This document shows positions 12,861 through 26,671 of a stretch of 64,000 nucleotides of DNA, piece by piece. The stretch is from Hydrolagus affinis. Its lineage: Eukaryota. Positions within the stretch are counted from its first letter, which is position 1, and each line of letters starts with the position of its first letter. The notes beneath the pieces were generated by a model. It saw nothing but the letters and a program-made list of their open reading frames with translations, was not told the DNA's origin and ran no database searches. The position numbers and the translations under genes were made by a program. The stretch is taken from assembly GCA_012026655.1 (NCBI GenBank), contig JAAILG010001603.1, positions 1-64,000 on the forward strand. Direction: 5' to 3'.

Positions 12861-13494
12861 GCTGTTAACCTTTTATAAATATATGTTGGATCTTTTTGAG
12901 TCTAAACTGTAATCTGGAAATTTTAAAAATGGTTTGCAAAATGCTTCCTCAAACCTAGATGATAAAAACGACTCTCATTTTCCTTAACAATCTGTTAAGT
13001 GACAGTTATACTGACCTCTGTTCCCCGGCTGGGTTAGCTTTGTAACTGTACATCCCGCTGGTGTTTTCACTGATGTGTGTCATTGTTTTGCTATCAGCTA
13101 AAATTTCGCTGCTCAATTGTGAATTTGGGTCGAGAAGCAAGATTTCAGAACCTTGATCCACCAATTGTTAATCAAGAAGAATTCCTCAGAATGTACAGTC
13201 CATTAGTTTAGGAGCTCTTTCTAAATAAATAAGTTAATAATAATAATCCTTGCATTTGATGTAGTGCTTTCTCACGTCTTCAAGACGTCTCCGAGAACTT
13301 CACGGAATATATTGTGAGCTGTAATAATTGTGTGCTTTGTGGGCGAAACTAGGCAGTCAATTAAATTGCACACAGAACACAGAAATATTGGTACGTCTAC
13401 CTTGAACCCTGAGCTCCCCTGAGAATGAGCCTCTCCCACGCTGAGCTCCCCAAAGGGACTTGTAACATTCGGATTGGGTTGGAGTCAAGTTTAT

Positions 13495-13818
13495 AAGAAT
13501 AATAATCCTTGCATTTGATATAATGCTTTTCACGTCTTCTAGATTCCTCAAAGCGCTTCAGAGAATATACTGTAAAGTGAATTGACTGTACATTTATGGG
13601 CGACCCGCGGCAGCCAATTGCACACAACAGTGTCCCCACAAATAGTCATGGATTGAAATGACCAATTTTATTATTGTTCTTTTGGGGACAGATTATTATT
13701 AGGCATGTTTGTGGAGTAAGGAAACTTTCCCAAGGTTTTGCCCTGACCCGCCTGGATTCGAACACAGGTCTCATGATTGTAAGGCGAGTGCTCTAACCAC
13801 TGAGCTGCAGGACTCCAC
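13495..13818 (-). mobile_element. Full-length SINE
   Basis: Near-consensus reverse copy. Confidence 0.93.
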
Positions 13819-13927
13819 ACCTAAGTTCCAGGCTGCCTGATGGTCCAACTGACTTGAGTAAACTTCATTACTTAGGATAGAACAGGATAGAACAGCAATG
13901 GTCGCCATTTGACATCAATCCACGCAA

Positions 13928-14276
13928 TGGTACTCCTCTGGCTCAGTGGTTAGAGCACTCGTCTTACAAGAGTGAAACCTGTGTTCGAATCCAGGCAGGT
14001 CAGGGTGAAACTTTGGCCAAGTTTCCTTACTCCACACACACACACCTAATAATAATCCCTCAACAATTAATAAAAATTGGTCATTTCAATCCACGATTGT
14101 GTGTGGGACACACACAATGGCTGCTGTGTTTCACCCATAAATATACAGTATATTACAGTATACAATATATACATAGTATCACAGTATATACTTTACAGTA
14201 TAGTCTGTGAAGCGCTTTGGGACGTCGATAAGATGTGAAAAGCGCAATATCAAATGCAAGGATTATTATTATTATT
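13928..14276 (+). mobile_element. Full-length SINE with an internal tandem expansion of 'tatacagta'
   Basis: Head, CORE-like segment and tail present; head-to-head with 13495-13818. Confidence 0.9.
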
Positions 14277-14849
14277 GTTAACCGTGGCACTAATGCAAAC
14301 CTTGCTCAGATGGAGAGCTGAGGCGTGTACGCTGTTTGAAATGGAAGCAGCCTGCTGTGTGCAGTCAGAGGCTGAAGCTCATTATTGGAACACTGAAGGA
14401 TTAGCTCCAGTGCGTACCTCACCTGGACGAGTTTGGCGCTGTCACTGACTGGGAATAAATGTATTGTTGCCTCCCATTCCTTCATATTGATGGACCGATT
14501 CACCAGTGAGGGAGTAAAAGGTGCTATCGTGTCAGATACCAAAACTCACCTAACTCCACGTAGCAAAGTCACTAATACCCCCACCAATGGAATGTGGGAT
14601 CTGTTAACAAGCAAGATAGAGGTTATCTTATGGTGTAAAACATTTTATTGTACTGACTAAGATATGCAAAATCTCTTTATAAATAGTCAAGGAGGTTTGA
14701 TCAAGGTCGGGAATGCATACATCTGGACTGTGGCTTCTTCGTTAAAAATCTGGCTTTAATGAAAACCTTCAAGCTTTTGTTCCCACCATTGATTTTGTTG
14801 GGCAGTCACTGGGCACCAGCAGAGATTGTCTGCAAGGCTAATTGCATTC

Positions 14850-14949
14850 NNNNNNNNNNNNNNNNNNNNNNNNNNNNNNNNNNNNNNNNNNNNNNNNNNN
14901 NNNNNNNNNNNNNNNNNNNNNNNNNNNNNNNNNNNNNNNNNNNNNNNNN
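14850..14949. other. Assembly gap (100 N)
   Basis: Run of N. Confidence 1.
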
Positions 14950-16119
14950 GGCAAAATAGCAACATTGCGCGATTGGCGTTACTCTGAAGGTGCTTTCAGA
15001 TGAGTGTTTGGGTCTGCGTTGCGCGTGGCTTGTGATGACGAATTTGACCTCACTTCACTGAGTGCAAAGTAAGGGGCGACGTTCTTTTCTCGCTTGCCTC
15101 ACAAGTCACAAAATGCCACCATAAGGATTCCTCTTTATTTTTAGTTTGTTTGAATCCATTGTGCAGGACATTCCAGCATGCGATCTGAAATGTCAAACAG
15201 CTGAAGGATGGAGTGGGACGTGACTCAATTTCGTTGGCGCCGTGCTCGTTCTCAACAGGGAGAGGTTCCGTAGTGTTTCATGTCAGCCTGAAAGACTGGA
15301 CCAGTACAGATAATAATCCTACTACTACTAATAATAATCCTTGCAATTGGTATAGCGCTGTTCACATCACATCTCAAAGCGCTTCAAGGAATATACTGTA
15401 AAGTGAATTGACTGTATATTTGTGGGCGAAACACAGCAGCGTCCCACAAACAGTCGTGGATTGAAATGACCAATTTTTATTATTGTGGTTTTTTTTTAAA
15501 TGCTTTCACTGAAGTAGTTTGACTTGAGAGTGCTAAACGCACACTAGGCAGGGCAACAATTTGTTTCAAGGAGTTTTGCAAATGAATGAAGGAATTGTGC
15601 GCCGAAGACTTTTTTCATGATGACTGTTCCAATTGAAAAGCTGCATTGATCAGAATTAGATAGACACCGAAACAGTCCATTTAGCCTAACTCGCCCATGC
15701 CGGTATTTATACTCCAAATGACACCTCACCCTTCCTGATCACCTAAGGAAAAATAATAGTAAATTAGTCATTCAATCCACAACTGTTGGAGGGACACTGC
15801 TGTGCGCAATTGGCTGCCGCGTTTCTCCCACAAAATATACAGTCAATTTACTTGCAGTATATTCTATGTCGCGACTCGAGACTCCTTAAAAGACACGATA
15901 AGGCATTATATCGAATGCAAAGATGATTATTGTTACCACGTCCCTACAATTTTCTTTCTCTGTCATGTGCGTATCGATTGCATAATTGTGTGCGTTTCAA
16001 ACCACAACCTCAAAATGTTTGATCTCATTTCAAGATGACATCGAACATAAGATGCGTGATACTGTTACCACTAGAGTGGCCATAACTGTGGTTCGTGAGT
16101 TAGCAGAGAGGTACCAGCT

Positions 16120-16640
16120 GCCTTTGGCTTGACTACGGAAACTCTCTCCTCGTCGGCCTTTCGAGCTGTTCGCTTCACAAGCTGCGGATCATTCCAAACT
16201 ACTCTGCAGCTCATGTCCTCTCCCGCACCAAGCTCTGCGATTACATCACTCCCACCCTTGCCCAGCTCCATTGACTCCCCATCCCCCAGAGGATCAAATT
16301 AAAAATCTTCATCTTCACTTTCAAGGCCATTCACAGCCTTGCCCCATTCTATCTCTCCAACCTGCTGACTCCCTACCAACCTGCTCGCCCCCTCCATTCA
16401 ACGGGTTCTGGATTGCTGCCATCGGTGGCCGGACTTTCAGCCTTTCGGCCCCCACACTCTGGAATTCCAGTCCCTTTGCCTCGCTTTCTCCCTTGCCTCC
16501 TTCAAGGCCCCTCCCCCACACCACCACCACCCTGCCCCACCCCTCCCCCATTCACGGGTCCAGAATCTGTTCAGCGCTTTGGGATGACCTCCCGACATGA
16601 AAGACGCTCTATAAATGTAATTTTATTGTGGTTGTTGCTG
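16120..16640 (+). mobile_element. 5'-truncated, degenerate L2 LINE
   Basis: Homologous to 1090-1645; encodes IGGRTFSLSAPTLWNS; tail 'gacatgaaagacgctctataaatgtaa'. Confidence 0.9.
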
Positions 16641-19152
16641 TTGCCTTTGATACCTTGAATGTACCGGTGTCTGCAAGTATGAATGCGCTATTAAAAAATA
16701 CATTTTGCTGATTTGGTTATTCAGAAAACGTAATGGTAGGTTACAGTCAGCCTGCTAATGCTTTTTTTGGTGGGGGGTTTTGAAGAACAGAGGTGCATGA
16801 AGTGCGAAAGAGATTAAAACCCTTCAAATTAAAGCCAAGCAGCCTCCTTAAAGGTTACACTGATTTGCGTGTGTTTGTTCTGCATATTGCTGACCGCTCC
16901 ATCCAGCTGCCGACTTGAAATGGAAATTGATGTTTACGGAGAAGTAAAAATGAGCCCCCTCCGTGTGATTAGATTGCTATAATAGGTAATTTATGAGAAT
17001 CAAAGCTAACCCTCTGTCTTCAACGGTGGGAATCCCAGGAGATTATTTTGGCAGCAGTACTCATTCAAGTGGGAGCCTGTCTTTGTTTCGTAAAGAATGA
17101 GACAGTGGTTCATGTCTGCACAGCATCGAAAGGTCACTGTCTTTATTATGTTTACTAATGTGTTATCATCAGCACCTAGCACTGCCTTTTGATGCTCTTC
17201 CTTTGTCTCGGCCTCTCTTCGATCAGGGAGCGTATTCTTCGTGTAATGAAGAACGAAAGCTCTTACAGTGTCAATCTAAACTGATATATATAATGCTATG
17301 TGTATGTTTATGAAGGGACGGGGGAACCGAAGAGTGACAGCCATCTGTTAACTCTCGAATAGGTAAGAGGTACAGATGATGGAACGTTCGCAGTAATCCA
17401 ACTAATCGTTCAATGTTCAAAGCCAGATATTGCAAGGTCTTGGAACATTTATTGAGAATGAGCGAAAGCATTTAATCCTTTCAGCCTTGCGGTAACTGTT
17501 TTATGTTAGATTCCAGAAATATAAGATTGGAGATTTGTAGTTTGACATGTTGCTGGTGAGGACAGTTTGTGGAAAGGTTTATAAAGTGATGCATTGTGGC
17601 TTCTTGGAGTTGCCTATGAGTTTTGATTAACAAAAAACAACAGCATCTCACAGCTCTTCACTGTGTTTACTGTAAAGTGAATTGACTGCATATTTTGTGG
17701 GTGAAATTATAATGAAATACTTTATCACAGCATCAATGGAATTGAAACAACCGATAACTAAAGTCTGCTCCAGCGGCAAATTCTTTTCCATAGATTCCCT
17801 CCCACCCATGCTTTCCACCTCTCTCCACCGCCACCCTCCCCCCACCCCCACCACAATTTGTGAAACTCTTTGGGCTCAAATCCGACCTCCGCAACTGTTG
17901 CCCTTTCAGCCTCACCCACACAACTTGCAACGCAATGGGATGAATCGAAGCAGAAAAGTAAATAGTGGCTTCAGTGGTTCCAGTAAAGATGATGGATTTG
18001 CATAAAATCATTAACGCTGACAACTTAATCATCAACATTTGTTTACAGTTGGTCTTATTTATCTACCTTGTGGCGCCTCTCATCTCCCTAACATGTTGCG
18101 ATACATCAAGACCAAGACTGACTTCTGAATTCTGTTCATATTAACACTGAGTTCACGTTATTATTGCTGCAGTACGGAGATCTCTACAAGACTTAGGTGT
18201 TCCAACAGAGAGTTGGAGGAAGTATCACGCTTTGTGGCATTTATTCTATGTTGACTGGCGAAGAGGTTAAGAGGTAAACGCTGATAACGGCTGTTGAGAA
18301 TTACGCAACACTCTGTAAACAAATAGAAATGTTTATTTAATGATGATATTGAAGCACCTCATTAGTTTAATGTGACTAGTGGGTAATGAAATGACTGAGG
18401 GAGCTATTTTTGTTTCTAAAAGTCAACATTTCTTCATCTGGGCACTCGTGGTTCAACGCTTGACACAAAATTTGTTTGCTTCTAATTTAGACCTAGAAAT
18501 GATATGGATCGTTAAGCAAGCCAGGCTCTCATTTTTCACATTATTTCCTTCCAAGATTTATTGCGTAAGATTTAATATCAATGTGCCACATGGCAGAACC
18601 TTCAAGAATGGTGGGAGAACAGTTTGGGTCGGTTTTGCATTTAAGGTCTTTTGTTCGAATTTTTATATTTAAATGATATTGGATTTACATACCGATGGCA
18701 ACTTTGCTCTTTCAGGTTAAACTTAGTATTCTCCTGAGCTCGTTAATCCACCCAGTTCCGTCCACCCTTAAGAGACAAAACACAAAGTAAAAAGGGAAGC
18801 ATCTCAGAGCTCTTAAGAGTGGCAGAGCCTGACTCCCAGCTGCTGAGGTGTGGGGGGAGGTGGCCGTAAGCACAGTCGAAGAGGAGATAAATAAGAATAA
18901 AAATGGATAAATAACTCAGAGAGAAACTTGCTAATGTGTCGCCTGGTACTGACTGGGAAAGTGCTCCAGACAGAACCATTTCTCTTTCCCCTTTAGGTTA
19001 ATTCTTCATCAGAAATCATTTCCTAAACCTTAGGGCTTTCAAAACACCAACTCCCATTTTGATCAAATAGCTTCAGTTTCCTCTCACACCTCTATGCCAT
19101 TTGTTGCAAATGACCATTTCTTAACAACGCGTTCTCCCACGGGGAAGTACTC

Positions 19153-19461
19153 GTGGAGTCCTGTAGTTCGGTGGTTAGAGCAGTGGCCTTACAAACGAGA
19201 GACCTGGGTTCGACCCCATGCAGGTCAGGGCGAAACCTTGGGCAAGTTTCCTTACTCCACACGCCTGAAAAAAAATCCCTCCAAAAAATAGAATAATAAA
19301 TTGGTGATTTCAATCCACGACTGCTTGTGGGACAATGCTGTGTGCAGTTGGCTGCCACATTCCGCCCGCATATATACAGTCGCTTTACAGCACATTCTGT
19401 GAAGCACTTTGAGACATCTAGAGGACGTGAAAAGCACTATATCAAATGCAAGGATTATTAT
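19153..19461 (+). mobile_element. Full-length SINE
   Basis: Head-to-tail consensus match. Confidence 0.92.
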
Positions 19462-21262
19462 TGTGTTTAATCTTATTCTTATTATTAATGCTTGGCGATG
19501 GACTGAAGTTTTGATCTCACTTTGCAAGCTTTGGAATTGTTTACCCATGTCCTCCACAAAATGTACTTTACACTTTCTTCTTGAGCGTTCCACTTCCACA
19601 CAAATGCTTTCACAAATAATCCTCTAATTATAATTAATAATAATAATCCTTGCATTTCATACTGCGCCTCATCACGTCTTCGAGACACTCAAAGCGCTTC
19701 ACAAAACACACTGTAAAGTGAAGTGACTGTATATTTTGGGGGTGAAACGCGGTGACCAATTGCGCACAGTGATTTAATATAACATGCAATCATACTGCAT
19801 AATTTTGTCCAGAGCATTAGGGGGCAACCAAGAAGCACCCCCTAAAAATTCAGATGATTCTGGGTAGGTCTGTGCTCAATCGTAGTGTATTTACATTATA
19901 TTCTGTGAAGCGCTTTGAGACGTCTCGAAGATGTGATAAGGCACTATATCAAATGCAAGTGTTGTATTATTATTATTACCTCCTCAAACAGTTTCAGAAG
20001 GCTCTCTTCTTTTTTGATTAGTGCCTTGGGACGTCCTCCTGACGTGAAAGGCGCTCTATAAATGTAATGTTTGTTGTTGTTCTGTAGGTTTCTTTCCTAT
20101 GAAATCCCCCAATTTATAATTTCTCCCCATCAAGACTTTGAATACGTATCTCGGAGATCTGTCTCATCGTAGCAAGACTGCTGACTCTGCCGAGCCTCCA
20201 AATGAATCTCCGCTACTTTCAGATCAAAACCAAACTGGAAAATTTCCTTTCTGTGACATCTGCCATAACAATACGAAACTTTGGCTTTCTTGCCATTGAA
20301 GAAAATTTTGACCACAAGTGTGCGACGTGATGATAATATCTATTATATTCAAAGCAATTCTTATTCAGCATTTGACATTTCTGACTTCCGTGTCAGAAAA
20401 ACATATGTTCGCCACAAATATACAGTCAATTCACTTTACAGTTTATTCCGTGAAGCGCTTTGAGACGGCGATAAGAACGCTCTATCAAATGCAAGGATTA
20501 TTATTATTATGAAAGCGTTTCACAGGATTTACTGTAAAGTGCAGCGACTGCATATTTGTAAGCAAAGATGTGATAGCTAATTTCTGCACAGCAATATCCC
20601 ACAAACATGAATGACAAGTTTTATCTGAGCGATTGTTGGTCAGGACAAGAGGAGAAACTCCCTCAATAGTTTTTGGAGTTGCCCCCAAGTAAATGTTTTA
20701 ATCTGACTGAGTGGTTTGTCAAGTTTAGAGAAGGTCGCTCACTAATTGCAAACCTGTTGATGTGTGTGTTGTCTTTGTGAACGTTCGGCGCGGCAACCGT
20801 TCGTTCTCGGAAAGATTAATTAACAAACGAAAATCCAGTAAAACAAATAGCTAAAGGTCAGATGTGCTGCAAGGCGGTGGCAGGTGCACGAACGGGGTTA
20901 ATTTAAAACATCTTAAAGGACAAAACTGTCGCAGACTCTACGCGATTGACCCAGACGGTCCTCAAGAAATAATCATCATATGCTTTAACTTCACCAAATG
21001 AGACAATCAGGATTTATTCCGTGTGGGGAAATCATTGACAATTGAAGTAGATGGGCAGAATTGACATAATTTGATTTGGGTGACACCTGATATCAAGGAC
21101 CATGTGGTATTTTAATTGAATGAGTTCCCAATTGATTAGCACTGCCAGCGTTCAATGACTTTAAACACCCAGGCTGGGCGGGGGGGTGTGGGGGGGCAGT
21201 ATCAAAAGAAAACAGTAGTCACGTAAAGTGATGTTGAACAATCAGCACCATTACGTATAACA

Positions 21263-21571
21263 TGGAGTCCTGTAGCTCAGTGGTTAGAGCACTCGCCACG
21301 CAAGCCTGGGTTCGATACCAGGCAAGGTGAAACTATGGGCAAAGTTCCTTACTCCACACACCTGAAAATAAGCCCTCAACAGAAACAATAATAAATTTGT
21401 CACCTCAACCCACGACTGTTTGTGAGACGCTGCTGTGCGCAATTGGCCGCCGCGTTTCGCCCACAAATATGTTCACTTTACAGTGTATTCTGTGAAGCGC
21501 TTTGAGACTTCGATAAGATGTGAAAAGTGCTATATCATATGCAAGGATTATTATTATTATTATTATTATTA
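21263..21571 (+). mobile_element. Full-length SINE
   Basis: Head-to-tail consensus match with long (TTA)n. Confidence 0.92.
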
Positions 21572-23017
21572 CATCAATGAGTGCATTTAAACTAGGAATA
21601 ATTGGAGCTCGTGGCAGTGGCGACGGTAGCTTGGAGATGACAGAGCAAACCGTTTTTCTTTTGGGTTGAAATAGCCCTCGACTTCCCGCGTGGCTTAAAA
21701 TGGCAGCTATTGTTTGTAAGTAAAACTCACTGAACGGTTTGCCTTACATTCGCAGACAACGGCTTAGCAGGCGGGGAATTTTCATGAGAATCTTTCTCCT
21801 CTGCCACCCCCACCCCCACCCCACCCACACAACCCCCACCTCACCCCCCAAAGAACACATCGATCGCTCGGTGAATGCAAGTAGCCGATCAATAGTTGGA
21901 TTTCAAACAAATGCCCCTCTCATCTGTTGCCCCTAACCTTCTCATTGATCGGGCTGCACATTGCAGTGAGCCCTTTGAAACCTTTGATGAATAGGATACG
22001 GGTTCGAAAGCGGCATTGCATTGAGTTTCGCCCCCACCGCCTGACGTTCAGCGTGAAAATACTGATGGCGTTGGTCAGTGGTTCTTCACACACCAGATGC
22101 ATTTTGTAGCCCAAACCTCCCCCTGAAGTATCTACATTTCTGTTGCAATTGACGTTTTTTTTCCTTTTAACATGCTCTCTCTTCTTGCCAGCTGTTGCCT
22201 AGGAGATGAACATTGGGCCTCAGTCAGGGAGCTCGGAGCTCTGCGTTTCCACATAATCTTCCTTTAATGAGTGCCAGAGAGCTGGCTCAAAAAATATTGT
22301 GTGTGTGTGTGTTTAGCTTTCTCTCTTTCGCAGGATATTGCAGGGTACTGAGAAATGTCACTTGATGTGGTGCACAACCTGCATGACAGACAGACAGACA
22401 GACAAACACTGCGAGCGAACGAGGCGAGATTGAATTATTGAAGGCAAATGAAACGGAATGTTTTTTTTCTATGCGTGTTGTGTGTGTGTGTGTGTGTCTG
22501 CTGTTTCCGTTGTTCTCTTCAGGCAGAGCTTGGAACGGTGCCATTGTCAGTGAATCTGTTTCAAACACATGCTTTTCACTGACCTCAGGCCAGAGCAGAG
22601 AGACATAGCCAACAATTCTCATCTGGGAGCTGGGGGCTGGGTGGAGGAGTGGGGGGGGGGGGGAGAGAAACAAATGAAGCGCGCAACAATAATCTTCCAT
22701 AATGATTTCAGTACAATAAGATGACAGGAATGTTTTAGTCTGAAGGAATTACACTGTTGGAATTGCACATTCAGTAGCTCATTTCTAGCCCCCTGTTTAA
22801 ATAGAGCTCACGATATTGTTTCTTTTTTATTTCCTCTCAACATTTTACACCCCATTTTACACCAGGGACCGCGCTAGACAATCTTGAACAAATATTAAAT
22901 TCTGGGCACAAACTTTGAAATTCGGGGGCCAATTCGCAATCAAATATCAATTCTTAGACGGCCAACAAGATCGGACCTTTTCAGCACAATATGGTCCTTT
23001 CAATTGATGTAGTGTCT

Positions 23018-23380
23018 TAATAATAATAATAATCTTTGCATTTCTTATAGCCCTTTATCATGTTGTTGAGACGTCTCAAAACAGTTCACGCAATAGACTG
23101 TGAAATGAATTGACGGAATATTTTGTGGGCAAAACATGGCAGCTGCTTGCACACAGCGGTGTCTCGCAAACGTTCGTGGATTGAGTGACTAAATTATGAT
23201 TAATATTTATTACAATTTTTAAAGGGATTTTGACCTCCAGAACAGCAATCCACCCATTAACTAACAACTGGGTTCCTAACTTACTGCGAGGTAAACGGAG
23301 GCGAGTGAAGTAAAGAAACTTGCCTGAGGTTTCACTGTGCCCAGGAATTGAACCTGGTTACTCGGCGAGTGCTCTCATCA
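23018..23380 (-). mobile_element. SINE, long CORE-like subfamily
   Basis: Insert 'ctgggttcctaacttactgcgaggtaaacggagg'. Confidence 0.82.
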
Positions 23381-24525
23381 GTACAGTACAAAACGTTATC
23401 TCGGGGCAGGGAAACCTTGTGTCTCACGCAAGGAGGGCGTCCGAAAGCATAAAATGTAGTGACCGTGTATTTTGTTGGCAAACGCAGCAGCCAATTTGCA
23501 CACCGCACGTCCCACAAACAGTCATGAAGTGAATGACTTGGTTGTACAGTAATATTATCCCCAACCCACTGAAAGTTAGATGAAGTGAGACATTTTTCCT
23601 ATCGACAGTTTGTCTCTGGGACTGAGAGTCCGGACTAATGCCAGAGAGAGAAGTCAATTTGAATAATAAATACCAATACATTGTTTCATGCTTGCCTACA
23701 AATACTAATAATCCTTGCATTTGATATATCACATCTCTAAGACATCTCAAAGCGCTTCACAGAGTAAGAATTGTTAATATTTCTGCTGAAGCCACGTGTG
23801 GTTCCAATTGTCTCTTACCAAGTGTAAAAACTACAGAAAACCAGATGAATCCAACACCTTGAAGCAGCTTTAGGGATTTGTGTTCAAACCGTTTTCTCGC
23901 ATTTTCGACTGGGAGAAGGTTAAGACTGTCATGAAATGGAAGTAGCCGCCAACGCTTTCCCCCCCAAAAAAGTTACAAATAACAAGACCTTTCCTATCGG
24001 CATCAAATGCACAAGGAACGTATTCAACTATTGAACTTGGACGTTGCGGAATTTGCGATGTATTTGACCCGATTTAGGCCACAGTGATTAAGGTTCCCGC
24101 CTTGTGCCCTCTGGTGACTGAGCAGTCAGTCCAGCAACTGCGTTCACAGCCGACCAAGTCATAGGAAACGCTGCTGTTTCACCCAACGCGAGTTGCAGTT
24201 CGAAGTGGTAAATATTCTCAAGTGTCCCCAGCAGTGAGTAGGAACCCGGTTGGCAGTCGATTGGTGGATGGCTTTCTGGGGCAAAATAATCCCTGCCCCT
24301 AAAAATTAACGAAAGAAAAACATGACTGTTTGCGGGACGCAGCTGTGCGCGGTTGGCTGTTGCATTTAGCCCGCAAATATACAGTCAATTCAGTTTACAG
24401 TGTATTCTGTGACGCGCTTTGCGACGTCCAGAAGACGTGAAAAGCACTATATCAAATGCAAGAATTCTGCTTATTCATGCTACTTAAACTTGTGTGAATG
24501 TTCGGTGGGGGAGGGCGCTACTTAC

Positions 24526-24582
24526 CGGCCCAGCGAGCCACTTCCGGCCTGCGGGCCACGGGTAGGTCACCACCGCCGCAGC
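24526..24582. mobile_element. hAT-Charlie-like MITE terminal fragment
   Basis: 'ggcctgcgggccacgggtaggtcaccaccg' resembles the subterminal 'ggcccgcgggccg..ggttgcccacccctg' of hAT-Charlie MITEs. Confidence 0.45.
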
Positions 24583-25664
24583 TACACTGAAGAGAAATGG
24601 GCTTTGAAGGTCTTACAGAGGACGCCAGCTACGCTATATTTAGGCTCACTTGCGGCCGAGATCGTTGAGAACCATAATTATGCGCAGGAGTATTCCGTTC
24701 GAAAATGAGGACAGCTACAGCTTTATTTAACTTCGGGGGAAAACAATATTGAGCAGAGCTGCATTATTGTTAGTTTAAGCATTTGAAAGATCATTAATGC
24801 AGTAACTAGACGCAATGTCAGCTTTGTTTTTGATTAAACAATACCCTTCTCATTATCCCAGCAGTCGGGCAAAAATACCAATGACTCTGGTGATGATTCT
24901 TGTGCAGGAGCAGTTTCCCGATGCATTTTCAAATGTAAATTTGGAAAACTAATAAGATTCTTTGTTGTCTGACACCGGTAACATCTTTACTCCTCTATAT
25001 GCAATGTCAGATGCACGCGCAATTTGGTGCTCTGCTGGGTTCAGTAAACTTTAATGAGTTAATTGACTTGATCATCAAATTATATTGGAAAAGAGTATTG
25101 TGCATTGCTGTTTACCTGTCCTTAACTCACCCAGCTCACTGTTCAAACATTATGCTTTAAAAATTACAATCTAAACTATTGCATCCTGGTGTCTTATCTC
25201 AACCTTGCGCATTGTAAAATATATTCATGAAGATGAAAGGGATAATAGAAAGAAACCTTTTCCTAAATTAATACAATTCTCATCTGAGTGTAGTAACCTT
25301 GTCATACATCATTAAGCTCCTAGGTGCTAAATTGCTTCCTTAGAGCTGGAAGGATTAAGGTTGATTTATCCTACAAGAACAAACACAATATGTGTTTTTG
25401 TAACATTCTCAAGACTTTAAAGTAAAGCGCCTTTTGTTGAGGGCTTTGAGATGTTTTGATGTATAAGGTGCTATGTTAAATGCAATTATTATCACCAAAG
25501 TACTGATACATGCAGATAGCAGTCTAATGTGACACTTAATACACGTGTTGGTTCATGATTTTCTTTGTTTTCATCTAATCATGTGATGTGTATTTCAATA
25601 CTGAATTCTTGATACAGATCAACCTCTTACAGAACTCAATCTGCAAAAATATATATCTACCGCA

Positions 25665-25845
25665 GCTGACGATGAATCTAAATGGGCCATAGCGTGCAAA
25701 AGTAAAGTAAAACCAAATCATTATTGCTCACCAATCCATCTCTCGTAACCTCATTACATGCCTTTACCAAGCAGGTATCTTTTGAATTCCTCCACTGCCT
25801 GCTTGGCACATCTATTCCAAGTATTCATCGCTCTATCTAAACTGT
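25665..25845 (-). mobile_element. Degraded CR1 LINE 3' fragment
   Basis: Reverse reads 'atacttggaatagatgtgccaagcaggcagtggagg...ttcaaaaga', resembling the CR1 ORF2 end (WN.LP..VVE..F). Confidence 0.55.
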
Positions 25846-26671
25846 CTATTCACCTGCTTTCTTTGTTTTCAAAGAGGAAACTTGTTTCGCCCATAAAATA
25901 GAGTCAATCACTCTGCAGTATAACCTGTGAAGTGGGATTGATGGAGACTTGTGTAGAATAATAATAAGAATAATAATGCAATAGTAATGCAATACTGTAA
26001 TGCATTTGATATAGTGCTTTTCACATCTTCTAGAAGTCTCAAAGCGCTTCACAGAATATATTGTAAAGTGATTGTATATTTGTGGGTGAAATGCGGCAGC
26101 CAATTGCGCACAGCTGTGTCGCATATAACTATAAATATAGTTTTGTATAGATAAACACCAGCACAGTTTAGTTGGGCTAAATGATTTCCATGCTCTCCCG
26201 TTCTATTCAATTCTTATGAGCTTGAGTCCTTGTCCTTTGTTGTGAATTTGGGGACAATGTCAAACATATTATTTGCATTAGGTTTATGTGTAACCATAAT
26301 GATCTTGAAACTTTATCGTGATACTTCCACACACAATTAGGGAAACAAAAGCAGGGAAACAAAACCGGGGTTCTTTGTAGTTATAAATGCATGAAATGCC
26401 ATCTTTGAATACCTTAAAACAATCACCCCTTTGACTGATCATGGCTTTGCGTAATTGAACACGAATGATTAAATTAAGAACATGTTTTCAGTCAACTTGA
26501 GTCATAAGGATGTGATTAATAAGGTGAGACGAAGAATTTATAACATTTTCTCCACATTAAATTATTCAGTTCATTCTTGTTTGGTCGACGTGTGCTACTT
26601 TTTTTTTCTCTCAATGTACAATTTGTTAACCAAGCAAACCATTCTCTGGCATTGAGGATTCTGGCTGTACC

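Noticed and set aside
14420-14600. Two small minus-strand exon-like segments with gtgag donors
   Set aside because: Joining them gives stops or incompatible phases; indistinguishable from pseudo-exons
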